This document shows, in pieces, positions 63,826 to 64,000 of a DNA stretch of 64,000 bases. Source of the DNA: Amoebidium appalachense (lineage: Eukaryota; Protista; Ichthyosporea). Numbering within the stretch: the stretch's first letter is position 1; each line of letters opens with the position of its first letter. The stretch spans positions 1,837,989 through 1,901,988 of the forward strand of contig CAVNZM010000017.1 of the NCBI GenBank assembly GCA_963693365.1. The letters run 5' to 3'. A program made the translations under genes and the position numbers. Below the pieces are notes generated by a model. That model was not told the DNA's origin. It searched no databases and was given only the letters and a program-made list of their open reading frames with translations.

Positions 63826-64000
63826 TGAAAGGTGGTCGTACTTCGAGATTTTAGTCTTATCTAATTTTCCCTTTTATTCCTTTTTCATTTGGACGAGGGG
63901 GGGAGGGGCGGAGAGAGGGGGGAGGGGTGGGTGGGAGGGGGGGGGGAGGGGAGGGGAGGAAGTGAGCATGTGTTTGCATGTGCATGTGCACCTGTGTGTT

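Overview
Eukaryotic genomic DNA; the species cannot be identified from the sequence. Intron-rich genes have GT-AG introns packed with simple repeats (poly-G/C, (CA)n, (GA)n, (GGGA)n, (GCAC)n), so nearly all ORFs in the supplied track are repeat artefacts. Manual exon chaining gives five genes and one mobile element: a secreted PAN/Apple plus 4x TSP1 protein (+, from 2374, 3' end uncertain); a mitochondrial dicarboxylate-type carrier (-, 23190-15223) with a duplicated, intact terminal exon; Cdc20 (+, 25297-27137); flotillin (-, 45377 to about 30.4-31.6 kb); a young-looking two-ORF APE-RT non-LTR retrotransposon (-, 46562-51107) with a poly(A) tail and a candidate 8-bp TSD; and a kinase with a CaM-binding helix and visinin-like EF-hands, CCaMK-like in architecture (+, from 52945, running off the window). 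The most striking signal is in the LINE. The conserved N-terminus of its endonuclease (WNARTL) is out of frame with the rest of ORF2. A 34-nt hairpin-containing segment bounded by a direct repeat separates them, and its precise removal restores WNARTLDDK. The same segment is complementary to the last 25 nt before the poly(A), 3.2 kb away. This is a candidate long-range RNA-controlled recoding (ribosome bypass or frameshift) system, although a homopolymer error or a single-copy mutation is not excluded.
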